Positions 1 to 9,195 of a stretch of DNA of 64,000 bases are shown here, one piece after another (the first letter of the stretch is position 1; each line of letters begins with the position of its first letter). The notes under the pieces are model-generated. The model was not told where the DNA came from. It saw nothing but the letters and a program-made list of their open reading frames with translations, and did no database searches. The position numbers and the translations under genes are program-made. Source of the stretch: an uncultured virus (IMG/VR IMGVR_UViG_3300029705_006209) (taxonomy: Duplodnaviria > Heunggongvirae > Uroviricota > Caudoviricetes). The stretch lies in the IMG/VR virus record IMGVR_UViG_3300029705_006209. The stretch is one strand, 5' to 3'.

Positions 1-128
1 GAGTACGAGGAATTTGTTGTGGGATTAAACCCCTAAACATGACAAACTGAAAATGCAAAAAATAAGCCTGTTTTGTGGTTACATCACTATGAAGCAAGGC
101 GATATCATTTATACAAGAAGGAGAACGC

Positions 129-758
129 ATGGAAAAGGAAGTAATAAAGATAACCCTTACGGATGACAAAGCTTCGCTACTTAGCAGCAAGGTCGGCGGC
201 TCTTTTCTGTGGCCAGATGACAACCCACCCGGGATATTCCTTGCACAAATCAATCTTGCAGAGCTGCCACATACGGAAGAGCTTCCAGACAAGGGATGGC
301 TGCAATTCTTTGGTGCTGAGGAATGGCCCAAAGATGGTTATGTAATATACAGAGAATCTCTTTCGGGTATAGAAATGAAGAACACCGGGATAACAAGCGG
401 ATACGATAAAAACACGCCAGTTATTAAAGAGGCGGGCATGCACTTCGAGTATGGTAAAGAATCTTTGTCTTGCGCAGATTACAGATTTGATTCAGAAAAG
501 TATTCCGATGAAGAGATGGAAAAGCTCTGGGATACGAGAAGCGGGGATGGCAGCAAACTTTTAGGCTTTCCATATTTTTGCCAAGAAGACCCAAGAGGTA
601 TCGGCACGGAGAAATACGATACGCTGCTTTTTCAGCTCGACAGCGACTTCAAGCATGTAATGTGGGGCGACAGTGGTGTAGGTAATTACTTCATAAACAG
701 CGAAGCACTTAAGCGCAGAGACTTCTCAGATATACTGTTCTACTGGGATTGCATGTAA
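129..758 (+). CDS. YwqG/DUF1963 family protein
   Basis: SKVGG..WP, FLAQINLAELP, LLFQLDSD..VMWGDSG and C-terminal YWDC motifs; RBS present. Confidence 0.8.
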   Translation: MEKEVIKITLTDDKASLLSSKVGGSFLWPDDNPPGIFLAQINLAELPHTEELPDKGWLQFFGAEEWPKDGYVIYRESLSGIEMKNTGITSGYDKNTPVIKEAGMHFEYGKESLSCADYRFDSEKYSDEEMEKLWDTRSGDGSKLLGFPYFCQEDPRGIGTEKYDTLLFQLDSDFKHVMWGDSGVGNYFINSEALKRRDFSDILFYWDCM

Positions 759-771
759 GACGAAGGAGTTT

Positions 772-1080
772 ATGATGAAAACTATATTTCCTCAACACTA
801 TGGACGCGGGACCGAAACCGAACCTATCCCCGTATGTATGGACATCCCTGTAGAAGAGTTTAAGACTGCCTTCTACGAATACTATGTTAATCAAGAAGAC
901 GCGAACCCTGCTGTTACGGCGGACGATGTGCTGGAAATGATTCAGCCATGCACACTTGTTGTGGATCACGGCAAAATAGCACTTATATGCAACTGTGATT
1001 GGGATATTGAACATGGTATTGGCATAGTCATTTCTGAAAGGCCAGTAAGAGTTGTTGAAGACATAGGAGAAATCATATGA
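772..1080 (+). CDS. hypothetical protein
   Basis: AAGGAG RBS; CDWDIEHGIGI motif; follows the previous gene closely. Confidence 0.65.
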   Translation: MMKTIFPQHYGRGTETEPIPVCMDIPVEEFKTAFYEYYVNQEDANPAVTADDVLEMIQPCTLVVDHGKIALICNCDWDIEHGIGIVISERPVRVVEDIGEII

Positions 1081-1688
1081 CTCACTATACCGATTTTATT
1101 ATTTGTCCAGTTAGCAATCCCCTATATGTAGAAATCACTGCTGTTTCCAGCTCAAAGGAAGGCTGCCTCGCCGCACTTTTGAAATATATGCTCAAAGAAG
1201 GGATTGATATCCAGGTTTTAAAGAAAACCGCCCGGGGCAATTCACATGATGAGAACTGGCAAGATTTATATACCGTTGTTGGGGATGCACCATACTATGC
1301 CGACATTCTTGCTGATATTAAGGATCAAACAGGTGGGCTCTATGTAGATAAACCTATCATAGAAACAGTTGACGCACTTAATGATGATGCCATTACAAAA
1401 TGGGTGAAACCTTTTGAATATTATAGCGGTGAAGAAAAAGATCGATATATATATGCTGTAGTAAATGGCGAGAGATGCGTATATAGGATACGAGAAGCAT
1501 TTCCCGAATCTCCTACACTAAGCGCTTACCAGGAATGCTACAACTGGCGCCCAGAACTGAATATACGTGTTGTAATGGCGAAAAGACTGGAAAGTGAAAT
1601 GACTTTGGAAGAGCGTGCTAAATTAAAGCAACAAATAGTTCGAGAAACCGGAAGAAAGAGCGCAATCAAATCAAAGAAAGACATGTGA
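1077..1688 (+). CDS. hypothetical protein
   Basis: AGGAG RBS; ATGA overlap with the upstream gene. Confidence 0.65.
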   Translation: MTHYTDFIICPVSNPLYVEITAVSSSKEGCLAALLKYMLKEGIDIQVLKKTARGNSHDENWQDLYTVVGDAPYYADILADIKDQTGGLYVDKPIIETVDALNDDAITKWVKPFEYYSGEEKDRYIYAVVNGERCVYRIREAFPESPTLSAYQECYNWRPELNIRVVMAKRLESEMTLEERAKLKQQIVRETGRKSAIKSKKDM

Positions 1689-1691
1689 CAG

Positions 1692-1967
1692 GTGGCAGCT
1701 ATGGATAAATACGACGTATTTGCCTTTACAACAAAGAATAAAGGCCTTTCTGAAGCGGAATACCTTACGTGGCAGAAACTGTCTTACAGAGTCCTTAATT
1801 CGGCCAGAATGATGGGGCTGTCAGAAAGCGAGCTGACACAAAGAGTGTTCCGTTCAGCACTTGACGATCTTACTGCTTTTGAGGTTGCTCACAAACTGAG
1901 TTTTCTGTCTCTTGAAATGACTCTGAACGAGATAAACGCTCACGCAGCATGTCATAATATGCTTTAA
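1692..1967 (+). CDS. hypothetical protein overlapping the 3' end of the transposase
   Basis: Follows 3 nt after the previous stop; overlaps the opposite-strand transposase tail. Confidence 0.4.
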   Translation: MAAMDKYDVFAFTTKNKGLSEAEYLTWQKLSYRVLNSARMMGLSESELTQRVFRSALDDLTAFEVAHKLSFLSLEMTLNEINAHAACHNML

Positions 1968-3390
1968 GTCGGGCTTCTCGGGACTCGTAGAGCTTCCTGC
2001 TATCATAAGTTTCGCAGAACACTGTCATGCAGCCTACCATAAGAACGTAGTCTGGAACAGCAACCTTTGGTGGTTCGATCTTGCTTGAGGATGCAGATGA
2101 AACCATAGACATATATAAACCTTTGGCTCTCCTGGCGAGAAGAGATTCCTGAACTTCGCCGGTCTCCTTGTCAACATACACTGCTTCGCGGGGATTGAAC
2201 TTCTCCTGTGCAGGCGTATTCAGGGCAAGAAGGCAGCGTTCGCGGAGAACACCGAACCTATAGCCACGTCCGTTTTTCTCGATAGACTTGATGATATTGT
2301 TGACGGACTCTGTATACGCGTTGGTATATGGCGCAAGCCAGTAGTTGAGAATATCCTGCCGCCTTGAAGTCATAGTCTTACGCATAGCACTGAACTGTTC
2401 GTATTCAGGAATGAATTCAAGCCAGGCATCAAAAAGCTCTGTAGCTTCTTCATATGAATTGGCAACGAGATAGATGTCTCGGAACATCTCTTTGGTCATA
2501 TAGGCGTTGTAGAGCTCTTCAAACTCTTTGAACCAGTCATTGAGCTTGTTAAAACCCTTTTCAGACAAGTCTTCCCAGTTTGTCATGAACAGGTTCTTGG
2601 ACTGTTTGAAACGGCGGATATCCACGCCCTGCGCTCTGTATTTGTTCTGAAGAGCGATACGAACTCTGTTCAGGCAGGTGTTAACTTCCTGAACGGCATG
2701 GAACTTGTCTATGACAACAAGGGCTTCAGGCAGAATTTCCCTGACTGATGAAGCGTATGCCGGAGCGAAGTCCATAGTAGTGCAGCGACAGATATCCTTA
2801 TCCAGCGTTTTGAGATAAGCCTTGACTGTACGCTTCTTATTGTCCTTCTTCATGTCGAGAAGTCGCTGCTCCTTGATGTCTGTAAGGACAAGGCGATAGT
2901 GCTTATCTATGTGAGCTTCATCCATGCCGAGGACTTCAGGCGTGTAATCGTAGGTAAGTAGATGCTGGTTTGCTCGCGCATAGGCATTGAACGCAGCAGC
3001 AACGGTCTTAGGATCAATGGAATAGTCGGAAGCTATATGATTGAAGGTCTCGCGGCGGATACAGCGATCCACGAACTCTTTCTTAAGGCGGTTGGTAAGA
3101 GTCGTGTTCTTCTCGAAGAAAGTAAATCTGTCCGGGAATACATACTGACACTCAGGACATTTGTACCGCTGAACAGTAAGCTTGATATACACGAGCTTCC
3201 CTTCAGCCTTGATATCCTGAATGAGACATTCATACTTTGAATGTTTATGAGGCTTCAGCTCTTTCCCGCAATCAGGGTTCTCGCATCTGTGCGGGCGGGA
3301 GGCGGCTGTGGCTTCATAAATAATACTGCGACCGTCGAGGTCTTCGAGACGTTTGTTGATGGTTATTTCGTCAATACCGATGTCGTACAT
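1870..3390 (-). CDS. ISL3 family transposase with C-terminal extension
   Basis: N-terminal Zn finger (C..C..RYKCPEC), GMDE, TMDF, IDKFH, TNAYTESVNNIIK and GRGYRF motifs. Confidence 0.9.
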   Translation of the reverse strand: MYDIGIDEITINKRLEDLDGRSIIYEATAASRPHRCENPDCGKELKPHKHSKYECLIQDIKAEGKLVYIKLTVQRYKCPECQYVFPDRFTFFEKNTTLTNRLKKEFVDRCIRRETFNHIASDYSIDPKTVAAAFNAYARANQHLLTYDYTPEVLGMDEAHIDKHYRLVLTDIKEQRLLDMKKDNKKRTVKAYLKTLDKDICRCTTMDFAPAYASSVREILPEALVVIDKFHAVQEVNTCLNRVRIALQNKYRAQGVDIRRFKQSKNLFMTNWEDLSEKGFNKLNDWFKEFEELYNAYMTKEMFRDIYLVANSYEEATELFDAWLEFIPEYEQFSAMRKTMTSRRQDILNYWLAPYTNAYTESVNNIIKSIEKNGRGYRFGVLRERCLLALNTPAQEKFNPREAVYVDKETGEVQESLLARRAKGLYMSMVSSASSSKIEPPKVAVPDYVLMVGCMTVFCETYDSRKLYESREARLKAYYDMLRERLSRSESFQETENSVCEQPQKQ

Positions 3391-3501
3391 AATAGATCTC
3401 CTTCAAAGAAAATTATATACGATACCACAACAAACTCCTTTTGCAAAACAATGAAAAAGGGTTATTGGAATCTAAAAAACCACATCAGATTCCGCAAACC
3501 C

Positions 3502-3807
3502 GAGTTTTTCCCTGATCTCAGGAAACTCCATCAAAAGGTGACGTCCGCTAATGCCTTTGAGCCAGCGTGCTATATCCGTAACAGACAGCTTCGGCGGAGC
3601 TGAAACGAAGCAATGCACGTGATCCATCTCGCCGACCTTCACGCTGGCGATAGAAAACCCTTTATCTGTGGCCGCTTCATTCAGAAGTTCATACAGGCGA
3701 GCTGCTATCTCAGGCGTAAGGACCTTACGACGATACTTAGTGCACCAGATGATATGGTAGTTCAGATTGTAGACGCAAGTGCGACCGTGTATATACTTAT
3801 TATTCAT
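3502..3807 (-). pseudogene. tnpA: IS200/IS605 transposase TnpA, 3'-truncated by the ISL3 insertion
   Basis: YHIIWCTKYRRKVL and HUH motif DHVH. The sequence breaks after IREKL, so the C-terminal helix carrying the catalytic Tyr is absent. Confidence 0.85.
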
Positions 3808-3896
3808 ACATATAGTATAGCATAAAATGCGCATACATTTAACAATATCAACTGTAAGAAGGCATTACATATAGTATATCAATAAGCAATAAAAAA

Positions 3897-3946
3897 GGCG
3901 CTTTCATCTCCCACATAAATGAGGGAGAATTCCCGCACCTAATTCT
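3897..3946 (-). mobile_element. IS200/IS605-type subterminal hairpin end upstream of tnpA
   Basis: Minus strand GGTGCGGGAATTCTCCCTCATTTATGTGGGAGATGAAAGCGCC resembles the end hairpins of the IscB and TnpB elements in this window. Confidence 0.55.
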
Positions 3947-4366
3947 TAAACTCAAAGTCTTTTGATTCGTTTGTTTGTACACCTGTGGGTGTACTTTCTA
4001 AGCCCCTCGAAATTTTGTCGCTTAACTATACGTTAAATTAATATTTACAGCATAGTTGTGTCCGTGATATACTGTGCTTGTATGAAGAATGCTTATTTAC
4101 ATTCTTCGCCCCTTTTGAGACAATACTTCTTGGTAATTACAGGAGATATTTATGGCAGACAGCGCAAAAAAATAAGGAGCTTCTGATAAAAGCATATCGA
4201 AACCGTCTTAAAGCAGAGATGATCAGAATTATTGATATGTCTGGTAATCGCTACAGGGAAAATTGCGAATTGGCCTGCAGATAAAACAATCAGCGAAGTC
4301 AAAAACAAGATCGAAGCAGCTGGTTACGCTCTTATCCCTTAATTTCCCGCCATCACCGGCGGATAA

Positions 4367-4443
<77 letters not shown>

Positions 4444-4492
4444 AAAACGAATCAGTAATGAGGGGCCTCTCCCCTCTTCATCCGTCCCCGAA

Positions 4493-4850
4493 GTCAACCA
4501 CCCACCGCTTAGAGCTTTCAGCTCTAGAAGCGGGGGCTTGTGAAAGCCCAGTTGACTAGCCTAAGTTCTTTGAGAACTACGTTACGAAAGAATATCGATA
4601 TAAGGAATTCTCCCGCATAGCGGGTCCTTCCTTGTATCAAGTATAGGCACCGCGGGATGTAATACCTGGTCCCACGCACTGCGGTATGCGGTCAAACAGT
4701 TCGATATAAGGAATCCGTCGCTAATGCGACACCTTTTATCAAGTCTGACGGGTAGGAACAGCGCTGCATACAAAAACCTTTCGATAACATTGGCGAAGGT
4801 ATCTAACGGCTGCAGGCGCCGGCTTACAGCGTAAAGCCTGCAAAACTACG
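4493..4850 (+). ncRNA. omegaRNA scaffold of IscB copy 1, with two hairpin insertions
   Basis: Structured non-coding region upstream of iscB (GTCAAC..GTTGAC stem, ACATTGGCGAAGG), conserved with copy 2. 3' end approximate. Confidence 0.85.
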
Positions 4851-4866
4851 AAAGGAGCCCTGCCGA

Positions 4867-6135
4867 ATGGTATACGTGTTAAACAAGAACGGACAGCCTC
4901 TCATGCCTACTGTAAGGCATGGCAAGGTTCGTCGTTTACTGAAAGAGAATAAAGCAACAGTAATCAAGAGATGTCCGTTCACCATCAAGCTTGCTTACGA
5001 CACGCCTGACCTCGTTCAGAAAGTCAGCTTAGGCATAGACGCAGGTTCGAAGCATATTGGGCTGTCGGCAACTACCGAAACAAAAGAAATGTACGCTTCG
5101 GAGGTCGAGCTTCGCGATGACATAAGCAAGCTGCTGGAGGCAAGGCGTGAATATCGTCGCGCGAGAAGAAGCCGCAAAACAAGATATCGTAAGGCGCGTT
5201 TCGACAACAGAGTGCGGTCAAAACATAAAGGCTGGCTCGCACCGTCAGTCGAAGCGAAGATCGAGACGCACATTCGAGCAATCGAAGATGTCTGCAAAAT
5301 CCTTCCGGTCGATGACATCACCATCGAAGTCGCGGCATTCGACACGCAGAAAATGCAGGAACCCGAGGTAACTGGCGCCGAGTATCAGCAGGGCTCTTTA
5401 GCCGGATACACGATACGCGAGTACCTTGCGGAGAAGTTTGATCATAGATGCTGCTACTGCGGCAGGCCTCAGGGCAACGGCGTAAGGTTCGAAGTCGAAC
5501 ATCTCACTCCGAAGTCAAGAGGCGGCTCAAGCCGCGTCATCAATCTCGGCTGGTCATGCCACGAGTGCAACGAAGCAAAAGGTAATCTCACCTGCGAGGA
5601 ATTCGGTCATCCGGAAGTTCGCAAGGCTGCTGAAGCCGGCATGAAGCACGCCTCTCACATGAGTATCATGCGCTGGAAGTTGTACGAACGCCTCAAAGCG
5701 CTCTACGGCGACCGGCTTCATCTGACTTACGGTTCGACGACTTTATATCTTCGACATGAGGCAGGACTCGAAAAGAGCCACATAAACGATGCGCGCTGTA
5801 TTTCAGGCCATTCTGCTGCCGAGCCTGCCGAAGAATACTTCTACCGGAAGAAAGTGCGCCGCCACAACCGTCAGATACACAAGCTGACTATTCAGAAAGG
5901 CGGGATCCGAAAGCGCAACCAGGCACCTTACGAAGTTAAGGGCTTCAGGCTTTTCGACAAGGTAAAAGCTAAAGGCAGCATGTGGTACATCCACGGCAGA
6001 AGAGTAAAAGGCTCATTCGTACTCAAGACGCTAGGCGGAGAAAAGCTTGAGATCGCACCAAGTAAGATAACACTGATAGAGCACCAAAGTGCTTATGTAA
6101 CGGAGAGGAGGACGGCGCTCCTCCCCGCCCTGTAG
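4867..6135 (+). CDS. iscB: RNA-guided endonuclease IscB
   Basis: PLMP, GIDAG (RuvC-I), Arg-rich bridge helix RRARRSRKTRYR, EVAAFD, HNH (EHLTP..CHECN) and SHINDA. Confidence 0.95.
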   Translation: MVYVLNKNGQPLMPTVRHGKVRRLLKENKATVIKRCPFTIKLAYDTPDLVQKVSLGIDAGSKHIGLSATTETKEMYASEVELRDDISKLLEARREYRRARRSRKTRYRKARFDNRVRSKHKGWLAPSVEAKIETHIRAIEDVCKILPVDDITIEVAAFDTQKMQEPEVTGAEYQQGSLAGYTIREYLAEKFDHRCCYCGRPQGNGVRFEVEHLTPKSRGGSSRVINLGWSCHECNEAKGNLTCEEFGHPEVRKAAEAGMKHASHMSIMRWKLYERLKALYGDRLHLTYGSTTLYLRHEAGLEKSHINDARCISGHSAAEPAEEYFYRKKVRRHNRQIHKLTIQKGGIRKRNQAPYEVKGFRLFDKVKAKGSMWYIHGRRVKGSFVLKTLGGEKLEIAPSKITLIEHQSAYVTERRTALLPAL

Positions 6136-6191
6136 AGGGCGAGGTACCCGCTCCGATAATATTTGATGGACGGCAAACAAAAGAAAGCACA

Positions 6192-6650
6192 ATGATAAGA
6201 CGACAGATTTCAGAAGAAGAAATAAGAAAAGCAGCAGGCGGACGACCGTTTGTTTCGGCAAGTGAGCTTGTATCTATCGAGAGCGTATCGCCGTATGCCG
6301 CATCGCTGACAATACGTCGAGCCTCCTGGCTCACGGTCGGAAACCGAAAGCTGTCCCTTATTCCCCTCGTACATACAGAACTCAACTATATTCAGGAATT
6401 CAACGGCCCGTTTAACACGCTGCCGGGAGCGAAAAGTGTCATGACAAAATCAACGATCAAATCAGAACTGCTGAGATGGAACGAAGATCGCCCTTTCATG
6501 TCCATCACGGACGTGAGTAAGGCGTTGGGCTGCGGTGCCGACAATGCGCGGAAAATGCTGCAGGGCCTTTCCTATATAAAACTCGGCAAACGAAAAGCGT
6601 TTCTGGTAGATGATATTGCGGCAGCATTTGCAGACAGAAAACAGCAATGA
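6192..6650 (+). CDS. putative excisionase-like/HTH DNA-binding protein (may start at 6441)
   Basis: C-terminal half RPFMSITDVSKALG..FLVDDIA looks like an excisionase-type HTH. Confidence 0.45.
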   Translation: MIRRQISEEEIRKAAGGRPFVSASELVSIESVSPYAASLTIRRASWLTVGNRKLSLIPLVHTELNYIQEFNGPFNTLPGAKSVMTKSTIKSELLRWNEDRPFMSITDVSKALGCGADNARKMLQGLSYIKLGKRKAFLVDDIAAAFADRKQQ

Positions 6651-7417
6651 ATGTACCTAAATCAGCAGTAAGAGAATTGAAAAGCAGTCACCCGAGCGAC
6701 GAGATCCTTCTGGACAAAGACGCACTCGAAAGCCTCATGTCTTTCTATGATGTTGTGGTCGGGCAAAAAGATAACGGCATCTGCGACATCATTCTGTCTC
6801 AGACAGTCCCTATAAGAGACCTGCGGATCATTCTTGAAGAAGACCCGGAAACATACCGTTTCTGTGTGTTTGAGAATGCTCTCGACAACCTCGACGAGGC
6901 TCCTGATGGCAGGCCCCTTCTCGTCGCTGCGGTTCTGGAGGAAAGATCCGGAAAGCTTACGCTTCTTGGCGTTATCAAAGGCGAAGACAGCGCAACTATT
7001 TCCGATATGACCTTCGATACTTCGGGAAACGAGATCGGCCGCACCGACACTGCACGAGTCAGCGGACTCTGGCATATATGGTGCGCCGCAGAGTTTGCTC
7101 TTCTCCACCCTACTACCAAAACAGTCTTTGCGACCCCCGGCAAAAGGAAGGAATATTCGCGGGAAAAGGATGACAGCGGAAAAAGAAGACGCGTTGTCAG
7201 ATACATACGCCATCACGTCCTGAACGCATCTGATGTCAGACACCCGCTGCGGGAAGTCACGAGACATTGCCTTTGCTGGTATGTCATCGGTCACTGGAGG
7301 CATCTTTCTGACGGCAGAACAGTATATGTAAGAGGCCACTGGAAAGGAAAGCTCAGAGATCTGGAACGAAATCTTGACGACGGCAGGCACCGCGAAATCG
7401 TCCTGCCGGAGACGTAG
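6647..7417 (+). CDS. hypothetical phage-like protein
   Basis: ATGA overlap with the upstream gene; basic C-terminus with VIGHWR/VRGHWKG motifs. Confidence 0.65.
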   Translation: MNVPKSAVRELKSSHPSDEILLDKDALESLMSFYDVVVGQKDNGICDIILSQTVPIRDLRIILEEDPETYRFCVFENALDNLDEAPDGRPLLVAAVLEERSGKLTLLGVIKGEDSATISDMTFDTSGNEIGRTDTARVSGLWHIWCAAEFALLHPTTKTVFATPGKRKEYSREKDDSGKRRRVVRYIRHHVLNASDVRHPLREVTRHCLCWYVIGHWRHLSDGRTVYVRGHWKGKLRDLERNLDDGRHREIVLPET

Positions 7418-7463
7418 CCCCCACTCTCTTCCCTATCTCTTGGCGAAAACAAGGAGAAAAAAC

Positions 7464-8480
7464 ATGCCTAAAAGTAAACAAGTAATATCCATTGTCCTTT
7501 CACTATTAATGGTCTTCCCGTTATTTACGCCAGTAAACGCATATGCGAAGGATTCCGAACCGTCTCTTCCGGACCCAACGGTTGTGGTCTATAAGCTGAC
7601 AAGCACAAAGGCAACCATCGACGTATACGGTGTAAAATCCCGTTCTGTCGCAGACCGGATCGTTATCGATATCTACGAAAACAACAGGTTCTGTAAATCT
7701 GTGCCTGCTGCCGTTCAGGAGGATTCCCTTACAGAAATTGTCGTGGACGGGCTGAAGCCAAAAACGGACTACACCGCAAAAACACACTTCGAGAAAGGAC
7801 GCCTTTCTTCTTCGGAAAACACACAGAACTTCAGAACTCTTGCGCCTCCGCCTTCGACTGCCTTTTCCGGCAAGGAAGTGCAGCGTCTTCTGAAAAATCT
7901 GAAAAGAAACAAGTCGTTTGTCTTCAATTTTGAAGAACCTCTCGCTCATGAAGAGGCATATAAATGGGAAACCACTGTCACTAAAAATCTGGTGCAGTAT
8001 GAAAAATACGACATAAGTTATAAACGCAGCGGGGACATCGTGACCGGGATCGAATACAAATATGACAAGGCAAAAGCAGCAAAAGCCAGTAAACTCACGC
8101 CTCGCTTCAACAGCATACTGAAGGGTGCGAAAAAGAAAAAAGGCACCCGGGCAAAAGTCATATACGTAAACTCACGGATGTGCAAGCTGGCTTCCTATGA
8201 TTACAAAACAATCAGAAACAAAGATGCAGGTCTGCCCTATTCAAGAGATGCATTCTTTGCCTACGGCTTCTTCGTGAAAAAGAAAGCTGTTTGCTCGGGT
8301 TATGCTCAGGCATTCAGCGCTATCATGTATCAGCTTGGCATACCATGCACGGACGTTTCGTCTGGCGGCCATATATGGAATAAGGTAAAGATAGGAAATA
8401 CCTGGTATCACGTTGATGTTACATGGAACGACTGTCAAAAGAACAAAACCAAATATTTACTGAAAAGGACGCACCCTTAA
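7464..8480 (+). CDS. secreted fibronectin-III plus transglutaminase-like domain protein
   Basis: Signal peptide, GLKPKTDY (FN3), and VCSGYA..HIWN..YHVDVTWND catalytic triad pattern. Confidence 0.8.
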   Translation: MPKSKQVISIVLSLLMVFPLFTPVNAYAKDSEPSLPDPTVVVYKLTSTKATIDVYGVKSRSVADRIVIDIYENNRFCKSVPAAVQEDSLTEIVVDGLKPKTDYTAKTHFEKGRLSSSENTQNFRTLAPPPSTAFSGKEVQRLLKNLKRNKSFVFNFEEPLAHEEAYKWETTVTKNLVQYEKYDISYKRSGDIVTGIEYKYDKAKAAKASKLTPRFNSILKGAKKKKGTRAKVIYVNSRMCKLASYDYKTIRNKDAGLPYSRDAFFAYGFFVKKKAVCSGYAQAFSAIMYQLGIPCTDVSSGGHIWNKVKIGNTWYHVDVTWNDCQKNKTKYLLKRTHP

Positions 8481-8481
8481 A

Positions 8482-9111
8482 ATGATCAGATACAAACTTT
8501 ACAAAGACCCGTACGATACTGACGAGACTTTGTTCACGGGAAAACTGACCAGAGAGATCAAGCCGGGGCTGAGCATACTCGTCGGCTGTAACGGCTCCGG
8601 GAAGACAACAACGCTCCACTCGATAAAAGACGCATACGGCAGAAATCCGGCCTATAAGATATTTCACTGGGACGGAATGAGAGACAAAAGCTTCTCAAAG
8701 CAGCGATCCCTTGATCTGCAGAACTATGAGATACTTGCCTCCCTCGCCTTCTCTTCGGAGGGCGAAGAGATAAGCACGAATATCGGCCTTCTTGCAAGTG
8801 CGGTCGGCAATTTCGTTCGAAGGAACACAGATAAGGATGTCATCGTCCTCCTGGACGGACTCGACAGCGGATTATCTATCGACAACATAGTTAAGATCAA
8901 GGAATTCTTCAAGGATCTGCTGATCCCGGACATCGAAAAAAGCGGACACTCCTGCTATATCATCGCATCTGCCAACGAATACGAACTGGCCCGGGAAGAA
9001 ACCTGCATAGATGCCAGAAGCGGTAAAGAAATGACATTCAACAGCTATGAGGAATACCGAAAGTACATTCTGGATTCCAGAAAAAAGAAAGATGCACGAG
9101 TGAAATCCTAA
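8482..9111 (+). CDS. ABC/AAA-type ATPase
   Basis: Walker A GCNGSGKT, SEGE signature-like motif, Walker B VLLD. Confidence 0.75.
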   Translation: MIRYKLYKDPYDTDETLFTGKLTREIKPGLSILVGCNGSGKTTTLHSIKDAYGRNPAYKIFHWDGMRDKSFSKQRSLDLQNYEILASLAFSSEGEEISTNIGLLASAVGNFVRRNTDKDVIVLLDGLDSGLSIDNIVKIKEFFKDLLIPDIEKSGHSCYIIASANEYELAREETCIDARSGKEMTFNSYEEYRKYILDSRKKKDARVKS

Positions 9112-9131
9112 GCAGAAAAGCCGTGTTTTCC

Positions 9132-9173
9132 TTGTGTTCAGTACGCACCTATTGTATAATATAGGTACAAACC
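9132..9173 (+). promoter_or_regulatory. sigma70-type promoter with an ACCTAT-N8-ATAGGT palindrome over the -10
   Basis: TTGTGT-17-TATAAT; palindrome at 9147-9166. Confidence 0.6.
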
Positions 9174-9195
9174 TATGAAGTAGAAAGGAATTCCT

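Larger units (their letters stand above)
1..3501 (-). mobile_element. ISL3-family transposon with cargo genes; left end at or just beyond the window start
   Basis: Contains an ISL3 transposase. The right end GGGTTTGCGGAATCTGATGTGG (3501-3480, minus) matches positions 1-22 GAGTACGAGGAATTTGTTGTGG at 16/22 in inverted orientation. The element truncates tnpA at about 3501. Confidence 0.6.
4493..6165 (+). mobile_element. IS200/IS605-superfamily IscB element, copy 1 (non-autonomous)
   Basis: Ends defined by alignment with copy 2: starts GTCAACCACCCACCGC, ends ATAATATTTG, followed by ATGGA. Confidence 0.85.

Noticed and set aside
4595..4743. omegaRNA direct repeats as a CRISPR array
   Set aside because: Only two units, each with a variable core, separated by conserved scaffold rather than a spacer.
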